A stretch of 63,881 nucleotides of DNA, the filler included. It is 3 parts of 3 records of this genome, joined end to end, with 100 filler letters (N's around TTAATTAATTAA, not from the genome) between each part and the next. Parts side by side here need not be neighbours in the genome. Positions count along the whole stretch, not along the records: positions 1 to 31,783 come from SRR2962707_3263; 2 more parts are not named here. The stretch is one strand, 5' to 3'. Every line of letters starts with the position of its first letter. The stretch's first letter is position 1. Made by a program: the position numbers and the translations under genes. The notes under the pieces were generated by a model, which saw only the letters and a program-made list of their open reading frames with translations, did not search any database and had not been told where the DNA came from. Below are positions 10,267 through 19,628 of the stretch, one piece after another.

Positions 10267-11705
10267 GCCAGCGAATACCGGTTAAAGAACTCACCGACAG
10301 CTTCCGTGGCCGAGCGGTGGGCGCCCTGGCCGACGACCAGCTGCGCACCAACTTCCGCGTCGCCATGGACTCGCTGATGAAAAAGCGGGCCGATGCTTTT
10401 CCGGACGAGGAAGAGCGTGAAGGACTGCGGGAACTCGGCAACCATATCAAGGCCCGGGCGCTGTCCCGGTTGCCCGATTTGCTTGAGCAGTTGGAATCGA
10501 AGCTGACCGATAACGGTGTCAAGGTTCACTGGGCCGAGACTACCGAGGAGGCCAACCGGATTGTCCACTCCATCATTGAGGCGAAGCAGGGCTCTCAGGT
10601 GGTGAAGGGTAAATCCATGGTCAGCGAAGAAATGGAAATGAACGACTACCTGGCTGAACGCCACATCGAGTGCCTGGAGTCGGACATGGGTGAGTACATC
10701 GTCCAGTTGGATGGCGAAAAGCCCTCCCACATCATCATGCCGGCGATTCACAAGAACCGCTTTCAGGTCTCCAGACTGTTCCACGACAAATTGGGCGTGG
10801 ATGAGACCGAGGATGTGAACGAACTGATCCAGATTGGTCGCCGCACCCTGCGCCAGAAATTCCTTGAAGCGGATGTTGGGGTCTCCGGCGTAAACTTCGC
10901 CATTGCCGAAACCGGCACCTTGCTGCTGGTGGAGAACGAAGGCAATGGCCGAATGAGCACCACGGCGCCGCCAGTGCACATTGCCGTCACCGGCATCGAA
11001 AAAGTGGTGGAGAACCTGCGGGACGTGGTGCCCCTGTTGTCGCTGCTGACCCGTTCCGCGTTGGGTCAGCCGATCACTACTTACGTGAACATGATTTCCG
11101 GCCCGCGCAAGGCGGATGAGCTGGATGGTCCGGAAGAAGTGCATCTGGTTCTGCTGGACAATGGCCGCAGTGGTGCTTTCGCCGATGCCCAGCTGCGCCA
11201 GACATTAAACTGTATCCGCTGCGGTGCGTGCATGAACCACTGCCCGGTCTATACCCGTGTGGGTGGCCACACCTACGGTGAGGTTTATCCGGGGCCGATC
11301 GGCAAGATTATTACGCCGCACATGGTCGGGTTGCACAAGGTACCGGACCACCCCAGCGCGTCTTCATTGTGTGGCGCCTGTGGTGAGGTGTGTCCGGTGA
11401 AGATTCCGATCCCGGAAATGCTGCAGCGCTTGCGCCAGGAAAACGTGAAGAACCCCGCCGAACAGCCGAAAGTGAAAGATGGCGGCGCCAAGTATTCCCG
11501 CAAGGAGCGGGCAATCTGGCGCTTCTGGGCCAGCCTGAATACGTCGCCGGTGTTTTACCGCCTGTTCCTGTGGGGCGCGACCCGTTTTGGCAAACTTGCA
11601 CCGAAAAACGTCGGCCCCTGGACCGAGAACCACTCGGCGCCGGTACCGGCCCGGCGGTCTTTGCATGATCTGGCCAAAGCCCATTTGAATCAGGGAGACC
11701 GGTGA
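10263..11705 (+). CDS. lutB: L-lactate oxidation Fe-S protein LutB/LldF
   Basis: KGKSMVSEE, PSHIIMPAIH, CIRCGACMNHCP and LCGACGEVCP motifs; ATGA overlap with lutA. Confidence 0.92.
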   Translation: MSQRIPVKELTDSFRGRAVGALADDQLRTNFRVAMDSLMKKRADAFPDEEEREGLRELGNHIKARALSRLPDLLEQLESKLTDNGVKVHWAETTEEANRIVHSIIEAKQGSQVVKGKSMVSEEMEMNDYLAERHIECLESDMGEYIVQLDGEKPSHIIMPAIHKNRFQVSRLFHDKLGVDETEDVNELIQIGRRTLRQKFLEADVGVSGVNFAIAETGTLLLVENEGNGRMSTTAPPVHIAVTGIEKVVENLRDVVPLLSLLTRSALGQPITTYVNMISGPRKADELDGPEEVHLVLLDNGRSGAFADAQLRQTLNCIRCGACMNHCPVYTRVGGHTYGEVYPGPIGKIITPHMVGLHKVPDHPSASSLCGACGEVCPVKIPIPEMLQRLRQENVKNPAEQPKVKDGGAKYSRKERAIWRFWASLNTSPVFYRLFLWGATRFGKLAPKNVGPWTENHSAPVPARRSLHDLAKAHLNQGDR

Positions 11706-12376
11706 TGAGTGCCCGCAGCAATATTCTCAACAAGCTCCGTGCCGGTCTGGCCGGCACCACGCCCCGGCCGGACGATTTCGATGAGGGTCTGGTAACCCGC
11801 CCCTGGCAGTATGCGCCGGAGGACCGGATTACTCGCCTGCGTTCTCTGATGGAAGCGGTGCACACCGAAATCCACCAGCTGACGACCGAGGAGTGGCCCT
11901 CAAAGGTTCAGGAATTGCTGGAGAGCCGCGGCCTGAAGAATGTGCTTTATGCCCCGGGTACCGGGCACGGCAAGCAGCTGGCGGAGCACTGGCAGCGTGC
12001 GGAGCCCAGACCGGAGCTGTTGGTCTATGACCGTCCCATTGAGGAATGGAAGGAGGAGCTGTTCTGGCAGGTGGATGCCAGCGTGACGGGCACGGTGGGC
12101 GGGATTGCTGCCACCGGTTCACTGGTACTGTGGCCGGATCGTCACGAGCCGCGGCTGATGAGTCTTCTGCCGCCGTTGCATATCGCGTTGCTCAAGGCCA
12201 GTGAGGTGGAAGACAACCTGTATGGGATGATGCAGAAGCACAACTGGTCCGCGGGTCTGCCCACGAACCTGTTGCTGGTCTCTGGTCCGTCCAAGACGGC
12301 GGACATCGAGCAGGTGCTTGCCTATGGGGCCCATGGCCCCAAGGAGCTGGTGGTCCTCATCCTTGAGGACGGCTGA
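11705..12376 (+). CDS. lutC: Lactate utilization protein LutC/LldG
   Basis: SGPSKTADIEQ...GAHGP motif. Confidence 0.9.
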   Translation: MSARSNILNKLRAGLAGTTPRPDDFDEGLVTRPWQYAPEDRITRLRSLMEAVHTEIHQLTTEEWPSKVQELLESRGLKNVLYAPGTGHGKQLAEHWQRAEPRPELLVYDRPIEEWKEELFWQVDASVTGTVGGIAATGSLVLWPDRHEPRLMSLLPPLHIALLKASEVEDNLYGMMQKHNWSAGLPTNLLLVSGPSKTADIEQVLAYGAHGPKELVVLILEDG

Positions 12377-13774
12377 TCAGAGTTCCTTGATCGCGCTGGT
12401 GGTGGCTTGCAGGACTTCCTTGGCGTCGCCCTTCACCATCAGGCTGTTGTCGCGAATGAACAGACCGTTGGGAATGCCGGCGAAGCCAGCGGACAGGCTG
12501 CGCTTGACCACCACCACGGTTTTCGCCTTGTGCACATCGAGGATCGGCATGCCAAAAATGGGCGAGTTCGGGTCTTCGGCGGCGGCCGGGTTTACCACGT
12601 CGTTGGCGCCGAGCACGATGGCTACATCCGCCTGCGGCAGTTCCGGGTTAATGGCGTCCATGTCTTTCAACTGGTCATAAGGGATTTCAGCTTCGGCCAG
12701 CAGTACGTTCATGTGCCCTGGCATCCGGCCTGCCACCGGATGAATCGCGTAACTGACCTTGGCACCACGGCCCTCAAGCTGGTTGGCGAGTTCTTTCACC
12801 GCATGCTGGGCCTGAGCCACCGCCAGGCCGTATCCGGGCACCATGACCACCTTGCGGGCACCATCCAGCAACAGGGCCAGATCGTCAGGGGTGGCGTATT
12901 TCACCTTGCCATCGTAGAACTCCCCTTCATCCTGCTGGCTCGCCGTACTGTCTGATCCGCCCAGTACACCGCCGAACAGAACGTTGGGCAGGGACCGGTT
13001 CATGGCCTTGCACATGATGGCGGTCAGAATCAGGCCGGAGGCACCCACCAGGGAACCGGTAATGATCAACCCCTGGTTGCCCAGCACGAACCCGGTGGCC
13101 GCACCCGCCAGGCCGGAATAGGCGTTAAGCAGGGCGACGACGACCGGCATGTCGGCACCACCGATAGGCTGGACCAGTCCAATGCCAAGTAGCAGGCAGA
13201 GCCCTACGAGGGCCGCGAGGGCCAGTGGGCTGGTGCTGCCGCTGGTGGCAAACAGCACCGCTCCGGTCACGGCGGCAATCAGAGTAACCAGCGTGACACT
13301 GTGCCACAGGCGATTGTTCCGGCTGTCGCCAATATTCCCCTTGAGTTTCAGAACGGCTACGACCGACCCGGTCAGGGTCACTGAGCCGATGACGATGGAG
13401 GCCAGAATAGCGGCGGTCCAGCCACTACTTCCGGCACCGGTGGCGTTAACCGCATGCATCCAGGTACTGGCGGCCACCGCAACGGAGGCGCCCCCGCCGA
13501 TACCGTTCAGGCTCGCCACCAGTTCCGGCATTTCCGTGGTTGCGGTCCGTTTTGCGAGCCAGACGCCGATCGAGCCGCCCAGCAGCATACCAGCGATGAT
13601 GGCCGCGTAGCTGATGATTTCCTGGTGCAACAGGGCGGCGACGACCGCAATCAGCATCCCGATGGCGGCCAGCTGGTTGCCACGTACCGCTGTTTTTGGG
13701 CGGGTCATGCCCTTGATGCCGAGAATGAAGCAGACAGCAGCTGCAAGGTAAGACAGATTGATCAATGCAAACAT
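12377..13774 (-). CDS. pntB: NAD(P) transhydrogenase beta subunit
   Basis: IGGADMPVV, PGYGLAVAQAQH, HPVAGRMPGHMNVLLAEA and GANDVVNP motifs. Confidence 0.95.
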   Translation of the reverse strand: MFALINLSYLAAAVCFILGIKGMTRPKTAVRGNQLAAIGMLIAVVAALLHQEIISYAAIIAGMLLGGSIGVWLAKRTATTEMPELVASLNGIGGGASVAVAASTWMHAVNATGAGSSGWTAAILASIVIGSVTLTGSVVAVLKLKGNIGDSRNNRLWHSVTLVTLIAAVTGAVLFATSGSTSPLALAALVGLCLLLGIGLVQPIGGADMPVVVALLNAYSGLAGAATGFVLGNQGLIITGSLVGASGLILTAIMCKAMNRSLPNVLFGGVLGGSDSTASQQDEGEFYDGKVKYATPDDLALLLDGARKVVMVPGYGLAVAQAQHAVKELANQLEGRGAKVSYAIHPVAGRMPGHMNVLLAEAEIPYDQLKDMDAINPELPQADVAIVLGANDVVNPAAAEDPNSPIFGMPILDVHKAKTVVVVKRSLSAGFAGIPNGLFIRDNSLMVKGDAKEVLQATTSAIKEL

Positions 13775-13776
13775 GG

Positions 13777-14064
13777 TTATCCCTTCCGCTTGAACATATT
13801 CAGCATGCGATCCGTCACCAGAAAGCCAGCTACGATATTGATGCTGGCCAGGGTGACAGCGATAAAGCCCAGAACGCCGGCGACATTAGGCGACAGCTCT
13901 GTGCTGCCCGCACTGATGATCGCGCCGACGATTACGATGCCGGAGATGGCATTGGTGCCGCTCATCAACGGGGTATGAAGGGTGGGCGGAACCTTGTTGA
14001 TCAGTTCTACCCCGACGAACAATGCCAGAATGAAAATGGTAAAGCTGAGTGCAAACAGTTCCAT
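13777..14064 (-). CDS. pntAb: NAD(P) transhydrogenase alpha subunit part 2 (membrane)
   Basis: LHTPLMSGTNAISG and GFLVTDRMLNMF motifs. Confidence 0.93.
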   Translation of the reverse strand: MELFALSFTIFILALFVGVELINKVPPTLHTPLMSGTNAISGIVIVGAIISAGSTELSPNVAGVLGFIAVTLASINIVAGFLVTDRMLNMFKRKG

Positions 14065-15221
14065 CAGTCCGTGTCCTTTTGGGTTGAAGTTTGCGGAGTG
14101 TCTCGAGTCTCGGCGTTGTGGCGGACGCTGCCGTGCTGGACCACCAGTGTGGCCGCAACAATCTCGTCCTCCAGCTTGGGTACCACACGACCGTCTTCGG
14201 TCATGTTGAGCAAAAAGGCGGTAATGTTGCGGGTGAGCAGCTGGGACGCGTGCACCGGTACGCGGGAGGGGTGGTTGGCATGGCCGACCAGGGTAACGCC
14301 GTCCACATCCACCTTCTGGTTCAGAACGGTGCCTTCCACGTTACCGCCTTTGTCGGCCGCCAGATCCACGATGACCGAGCCGCTCTTCATTCGGTGAATC
14401 ATTTCCTGGTCAATCAGTTTGGGAGCCGGTTTTCCGGGTACCGCCGCCGTGGTGATTACCAGGTCGGCGCGGGCGACGCAGTCTGCCAGTTGCTGTCTTT
14501 GGGCGGTGTAGAACGCTTCGCTCTGCGCTTTGGCATAACCGCTGTCTCCGGTGGTATCGGATGCAGGCACTTCGATTTCAATGAAATCGGCGCCCAGGCT
14601 CTCCACCTGCTCTTTCACCTCAGGGCGAAGGTCGTAGGCCTCGACCACTGCGCCCAGACGGCGGGCGGTGGCAATGGCCATCAGACCTGCAACACCGGCG
14701 CCAATAACCAGTACCCGGGCCGGATGAATGGTGCCGGCGGCGGTCATCAGCATGGGGAAGTAACGGGGCAGGGCCATGGCGCCGCTGAGTACGGCGCGGT
14801 ACCCGCTGATACCCGCCATGGCACTCAACACGTCCATGGACTGGGCCCGGGTGGTTCTGGGCACCAGGTCCAGGGCAAATGCCTGCACGTTTTGCCCGGC
14901 CAGCTGTTCCAGCAGCGGCTGGTTGAACCAGGGATCGAGCAGGCAGATCAGGGTGGCGTCTTGCTGAATCAGTCGCGCTTCCTCTGATGAGGGCGCCCGA
15001 ACCTTGAGGATGACTGTGGCCTGACGATACAGAGCGTCGGCATTGTCGGCGATGATGGCCCCGGCGTGGCGATAGTCGTCATCGGTGAAATGGGCGGCAC
15101 TGCCAGCGCCACTCTCGACCACCACCTCGTAGCCGGCCTCCAGCAGGGTGGAAACTCCGGATGGGATAATGGCCACACGGTTTTCACCGTCTTGTCGTTC
15201 TCTGGGAATCCCTATCATCAT
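14064..15221 (-). CDS. pntAa: NAD(P) transhydrogenase alpha subunit part 1 (soluble dI)
   Basis: ENRVA, PRTTRAQSMDVLS, GAGVAGL and DLAADKGGN motifs. Confidence 0.93.
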   Translation of the reverse strand: MMIGIPRERQDGENRVAIIPSGVSTLLEAGYEVVVESGAGSAAHFTDDDYRHAGAIIADNADALYRQATVILKVRAPSSEEARLIQQDATLICLLDPWFNQPLLEQLAGQNVQAFALDLVPRTTRAQSMDVLSAMAGISGYRAVLSGAMALPRYFPMLMTAAGTIHPARVLVIGAGVAGLMAIATARRLGAVVEAYDLRPEVKEQVESLGADFIEIEVPASDTTGDSGYAKAQSEAFYTAQRQQLADCVARADLVITTAAVPGKPAPKLIDQEMIHRMKSGSVIVDLAADKGGNVEGTVLNQKVDVDGVTLVGHANHPSRVPVHASQLLTRNITAFLLNMTEDGRVVPKLEDEIVAATLVVQHGSVRHNAETRDTPQTSTQKDTD

Positions 15222-16735
15222 GCGTACAGGCTCCGTTCAGTTTGAGTTTGTTCTGCCCCGGTGTTCAGTCCCAGGGTGTTAAGGGTGTAGCGGCGGACAT
15301 CGGCCAGCAGTTGGCGGTTGGCCTGAAGCGATTGACCGTAGCTCGGAATCAGCGATTGCAGGGTTTGCAGCGGTTGGCCCTGAATCAGTTCCGGGAAACA
15401 ACGTTCTATAACCTCCAGCATTGCGGAGACGCAGGTGGAGGCGCCCGGTGAAGCGCCCAGCAGGGCTGCCAGGGATCGGTCCTCAGTGCTCAAAACCTCG
15501 GTGCCGAGTTCCAGACTGCCCCGGCCCGAGGCCGTTGGCTTGATAACCTGAACACGCTGCCCGGCCCGCACCAATTGCCACTGAGCCGGATCCGGGTCCT
15601 CCATAAAGCGCGCCAGTTCGCCGAGGCGGGCCGATTTGGGGCTGAGAGCTTCTTTGATCAGGTATCGGGTCAGCGGCCAGTTGTGCACGCCAACGTCGAT
15701 CAGCGGCCGCAGGTTGTGGCTGCGAACTGAGCGGATCAGGTCCGATCGATCGCCGCTTTTGAGGAAGCGGGTGGTAAAGCCAGCGAAAGGGCCGAAGAGC
15801 AGCGCCGCCTTGCCATTGATAAATCGGGTGTCCAGGTGGGGCACCGACATGGGTGGGGCGCCAACCGGTGCCTGGCTATAGACCTTGGCGTTGTGTGACA
15901 GGGCCATGTCTTCGTTATCGCAGGCCAGCCACAGGCCGGATACCGGGAACCCCCCGTAGCCGCGAATTTCCGGAATACCGGTCTTCTGCAGCAATGACAG
16001 GGCCGCTCCGCCCGCGCCAATGAACAGAAAACGGCTGGTAATGCTGCGTTTCTCGCCGCTGCCCAGGTGATGCAGGCTCACGCGCCAGCCGCCGGCTTCG
16101 CGCTTGATATCGGTTACCTGGCACTGGAGCTGAATATCACAGGCTTTGTGCTGGGCCAGGGAGCGCCCCAGCAGGCGCGTCAGTGCGCCAAAATTGACGT
16201 CACTGCCGTGGGCGACGCGGGTAGCTGCGACCGGCTCAAAGGCTTGCCGGGTACCGTGGATAAGCGGGAGCCAGCGAGCGAGGGTGTCTGGCTGATCGCT
16301 GAACTCCATCTCCTGAAACAGCGGTTGGCCCTCGAGGGCTCTGTGGCGGGTTTTCAGAAATTCACAGGCCCTGGCACCCTGAACCCAGCTCAGATGTGGC
16401 ACCCGGCGAATGAAGTTGGCCGGTGCGGGCAGGAGCCCCTTCTCAACCAGGCTGCTCCAGTACTGAAGTGAGAGCTCGAAGCGCTCGTTGATGGCGAGCG
16501 CCCGCTCTACGGAAACGCTGCCATCGGGGTTGGCGGGGGTGTAGTTGAGTTCGCAATAACCGGCGTGACCGGTGCCGGCGTTGTTCCAGGCGTCCGAGCT
16601 TTCTCCGGCCAGCTGCTGACCCTGTTCGACCAGGGTGATCGACCGGGAGCTGTCCAGTTGCTGAATCAGAGAGGCCAGCGTGACGCTCATAACGCCGCCG
16701 CCAATCAGAAGAATATCGGTATCGAAGCCCGCCAT
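15218..16735 (-). CDS. mqo: Malate:quinone oxidoreductase
   Basis: GGGVMS, WNNAGTGH, CELNYT, PPMSVPHLDTR, AGQRVQ and LLGASPGAST motifs. Confidence 0.93.
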   Translation of the reverse strand: MAGFDTDILLIGGGVMSVTLASLIQQLDSSRSITLVEQGQQLAGESSDAWNNAGTGHAGYCELNYTPANPDGSVSVERALAINERFELSLQYWSSLVEKGLLPAPANFIRRVPHLSWVQGARACEFLKTRHRALEGQPLFQEMEFSDQPDTLARWLPLIHGTRQAFEPVAATRVAHGSDVNFGALTRLLGRSLAQHKACDIQLQCQVTDIKREAGGWRVSLHHLGSGEKRSITSRFLFIGAGGAALSLLQKTGIPEIRGYGGFPVSGLWLACDNEDMALSHNAKVYSQAPVGAPPMSVPHLDTRFINGKAALLFGPFAGFTTRFLKSGDRSDLIRSVRSHNLRPLIDVGVHNWPLTRYLIKEALSPKSARLGELARFMEDPDPAQWQLVRAGQRVQVIKPTASGRGSLELGTEVLSTEDRSLAALLGASPGASTCVSAMLEVIERCFPELIQGQPLQTLQSLIPSYGQSLQANRQLLADVRRYTLNTLGLNTGAEQTQTERSLYA

Positions 16736-16841
16736 GGGTATGCCCCTTTCAGTAGCAAACGAACAAAGGGGGCATACTTTAGTCTAAGGCGGTTGCCGCA
16801 AGAATCGTATTTACTGAGGCGAATGCATCGAAAAAATCGAT

Positions 16842-17579
16842 CTATTTGGTGCCGAAACCGCGACCGTTGAGGAATGGTTTTATGTGCGGGCGCAGTTTTG
16901 AGGTAAACAGCGGCTTCAGCTGTTCGGACCAGGTGGTGTCCTTATTGCTGCTGCTTCTGGCCTGGTAATACTGATTCATGGTCTGGTCGAAACGGGTCAC
17001 CAGTGCGGTGTCATCGGCATCAGTGTAGGCGTCTTCTTTCAGAATCGCGGAAAGTGGCAGCCGGGGCTTAACTTCCGGGTTCTGATCGGGGTAGCCGAGG
17101 CACATGCCAAATACCGGGTAGACATGTTCCGGCAGTTTCAGAATCTCGCTCACGTCCTGCGGGTTGTTACGAATACCTCCGATGTAACACAGTCCCAGCC
17201 CCTCGGATTCCGCGGCAATGGCGACATTCTGTGCCATCAGGGCGGTGTCGATGGTGGCAACCAGCAGTTGCTCGGTCATACCTCGTATCACCTCGGCACC
17301 GGCCCGCTCTGCGGCTTCGGTCGCCCGTTTCATATCGGCACAGAACACCAGGAAGTCGGAACTGTTGGCGACACAGGGTTGGCCGCCGGCCAGTTCGGCG
17401 ATCTTATGGCGGTTCTCCGGGTTGACCACATGGATGATGGAATAGGCCTGAACGTGATTGGAGGTGGCGGCACTCTGGCCGGCACGAATCAGCTCTTCAA
17501 ACAGTTCCCGTGGGATCTGCTGGTTCTTGAACTTGCGGATAGAGCGGTGGGATTTCAGAAGTTCAATGGTCGGATTCAT
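16842..17579 (-). CDS. nfsA: NfsA/Frp-family NADPH nitro/flavin reductase
   Basis: HRSIRKF, AAESEGLGLCYIGGIRN and EVKPRLP motifs. Confidence 0.85.
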   Translation of the reverse strand: MNPTIELLKSHRSIRKFKNQQIPRELFEELIRAGQSAATSNHVQAYSIIHVVNPENRHKIAELAGGQPCVANSSDFLVFCADMKRATEAAERAGAEVIRGMTEQLLVATIDTALMAQNVAIAAESEGLGLCYIGGIRNNPQDVSEILKLPEHVYPVFGMCLGYPDQNPEVKPRLPLSAILKEDAYTDADDTALVTRFDQTMNQYYQARSSSNKDTTWSEQLKPLFTSKLRPHIKPFLNGRGFGTK

Positions 17580-17687
17580 AGCCTCTAGCCTGTCTTTAAG
17601 AAAGAAAACAGACGATAGCTTGCTCATCAGCAACCGCACAAGCGGACAAAGGTGGGTAGTTGTCCGGATAGTATGACCAACCTCAAC

Positions 17688-17716
17688 AAAAAAGGCGCGC
17701 CGGGAAAGCGCGCCTT
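17688..17716 (-). terminator. Intrinsic terminator after ccp
   Basis: AAGGCGCGC/GCGCGCCTT stem with a T-tract on the minus strand. Confidence 0.75.
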
Positions 17717-17741
17717 CGAGGGTGAATGCAGAGCCCGTGAC

Positions 17742-18791
17742 TTACGGGATCATGTCCACCGGCTTGGGCGTATTGGCGGTGCTTGGTGGCAGTACCGGAT
17801 AGGTTACTTCCGGAACATTGCCGGTCAGCGTCTTGAGGAAGGCGACGATGGATTTCACTTCATCGTCGTTCAGCTCGGTGCCCAGCTGGGCCGTACCCAT
17901 CACCGCAACGGCTTCTTCCAGGCTCCAGACGGCGCCAGAGTGGAAATAGGGCGCGGTCAGCTCGATGTTACGCAGCGGAGAGGCGCGGAACACATACTCG
18001 TCAGACGCGGTTTCGGTGACAGAGAAGCGGCCTTTATCGCCCTCTGGCAGGATCTCGGCACCCGGCTTGGCAACCAGCCCGAATGGATGGTAGCTCTGAC
18101 CGCCGAGGTTCACACCGCTGTGGCAGGCGGTACAGCCGCGGTCCATGAACAGCGCCAGACCTTCTTTCTCACTCTCGTTCAGCGCGGAGGTGTCGCCGCG
18201 CAGATATTTGTCGAAAGGTGCTTCCGGGGTGATCAGTGTTGCTTCATAGGCTTCAATGGCAACAGCCATATTGTCGAAGGTGACTGGATTTTCCTGGCCC
18301 GGGAATGCGTCCTCAAAGCGCTCGATGTACTCAGGCATACTCTTCAGGGTAGCCACCACCCGGTCCGGCGTACTGCTCATCTCGACACCCGCCTGTACAG
18401 GCCCTTTGGCCTGTTCGGCCAGGTCGGCGGCACGGCCATCCCAGAACTGGGCTGCGTTAAATACGGCGTTGAACACAGTCGGCGAGTTCCGTGGACCCTT
18501 CTGCCAGCCATGGCCGATAGAGGTAGGCAGCTCGTCATCACCGCCCAGTCCCACGTTGTGGCAGGTGTTGCAACTGATCAGATGGCTGGAAGACAGGCGC
18601 GGTTCAAAGAACAGCATCTTGCCCAGTTCAACCTTGGCCTGAGTGAGTTCATTGCCATCAATCACCGGTGGGTATTTGGGAATGGGCTCGAAGATGCTGT
18701 TGGCCCGCTCCATCAGGTTGTCCGCCATGGCGGAGCCTGCTGCCACGCCCAGACTGAGGGTGAGTGCTTTTGCCAGTGGATGCTTGATCAT
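17742..18791 (-). CDS. ccp: Di-heme cytochrome c peroxidase
   Basis: Signal peptide, CNTCH and CTACH heme motifs, GPRNSPTVFNA, QFWDGRA, APYFHSG. Confidence 0.93.
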   Translation of the reverse strand: MIKHPLAKALTLSLGVAAGSAMADNLMERANSIFEPIPKYPPVIDGNELTQAKVELGKMLFFEPRLSSSHLISCNTCHNVGLGGDDELPTSIGHGWQKGPRNSPTVFNAVFNAAQFWDGRAADLAEQAKGPVQAGVEMSSTPDRVVATLKSMPEYIERFEDAFPGQENPVTFDNMAVAIEAYEATLITPEAPFDKYLRGDTSALNESEKEGLALFMDRGCTACHSGVNLGGQSYHPFGLVAKPGAEILPEGDKGRFSVTETASDEYVFRASPLRNIELTAPYFHSGAVWSLEEAVAVMGTAQLGTELNDDEVKSIVAFLKTLTGNVPEVTYPVLPPSTANTPKPVDMIP

Positions 18792-18890
18792 GTCGCTTTC
18801 TCCTTTGAGAACAACTTGGTATCCATCTGGTTCCAACGTAACAGAGTGGCAGCGTGGTTCATCGCAAAAACGCGAGAGTTGGTTCTGCAC

Positions 18891-18904
18891 TTGACGTTCA
18901 TCAA
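18891..18904. promoter_or_regulatory. FNR/ANR-type box upstream of ccp
   Basis: TTGAC-GTTC-ATCAA versus the consensus TTGAT-N4-ATCAA. Confidence 0.7.
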
Positions 18905-19037
18905 GTTTGATTCCGGTCTGCAATTTCTGGATCTTTCCGCGGCATTTCGTCGCGCAGAAAAACCGTGCTCTCCCGTTTTCATTTAGGTTATAAAGTTATA
19001 CTCAGAAGAAATTTAAAAGTAGGCAGGAGTACGCGTT

Positions 19038-19583
19038 ATGAAACCGATTGTTGTGTCTGTGCTTTTCTTTTTGACGGTTGCCATGTCAGCCCAAGCGGAA
19101 GAGGCACTGTCTGTGACTCCGGAGCAGACCTGGGACGCGGTTCAGGAGCAAGGTGACCATCTGCTGTTCATTGATGTCCGGGATCCGGTGGAAATCATGT
19201 TCATCGGCTTTACCGATGCGGTGGACCGAAACATTCCGTTCCAACTGGTGGATCGTACGCGCTGGAACGATGAGAAAGGTGTCTTCGCCATGGATATCAA
19301 CGAGGATTTTGTTGCCCAGGTTGATGCCGCGCTGAAGGAAAAGGGACTGACGCGGGATTCCCTGATCATCACCATGTGCCGCTCCGGTTCCGCCCGCGGC
19401 AAGCCCAGTGCTGATTACCTTCTGGAACGTGGCTTTACCAACGTGAAGTACATCGACAACGGCTTCCAGGGCAGTACTGTGAAGGACGGCGAAAAGAAAG
19501 GATTCCGTGTGCAAAACGGCTGGCAGAATTCTGGCCTGCCCTGGTCGACCAAGGCCAACCCCGAGAAAATCTATCGCCCGTGA
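19038..19583 (+). CDS. Exported rhodanese-domain sulfurtransferase
   Basis: Signal peptide ending AQA; IDVRDP; active-site loop MCRSGSAR. Confidence 0.85.
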   Translation: MKPIVVSVLFFLTVAMSAQAEEALSVTPEQTWDAVQEQGDHLLFIDVRDPVEIMFIGFTDAVDRNIPFQLVDRTRWNDEKGVFAMDINEDFVAQVDAALKEKGLTRDSLIITMCRSGSARGKPSADYLLERGFTNVKYIDNGFQGSTVKDGEKKGFRVQNGWQNSGLPWSTKANPEKIYRP

Positions 19584-19628
19584 TGGCAATGACGCCTGCC
19601 TGTGTCGGGCGGGCGTCACTGTCCGGTT

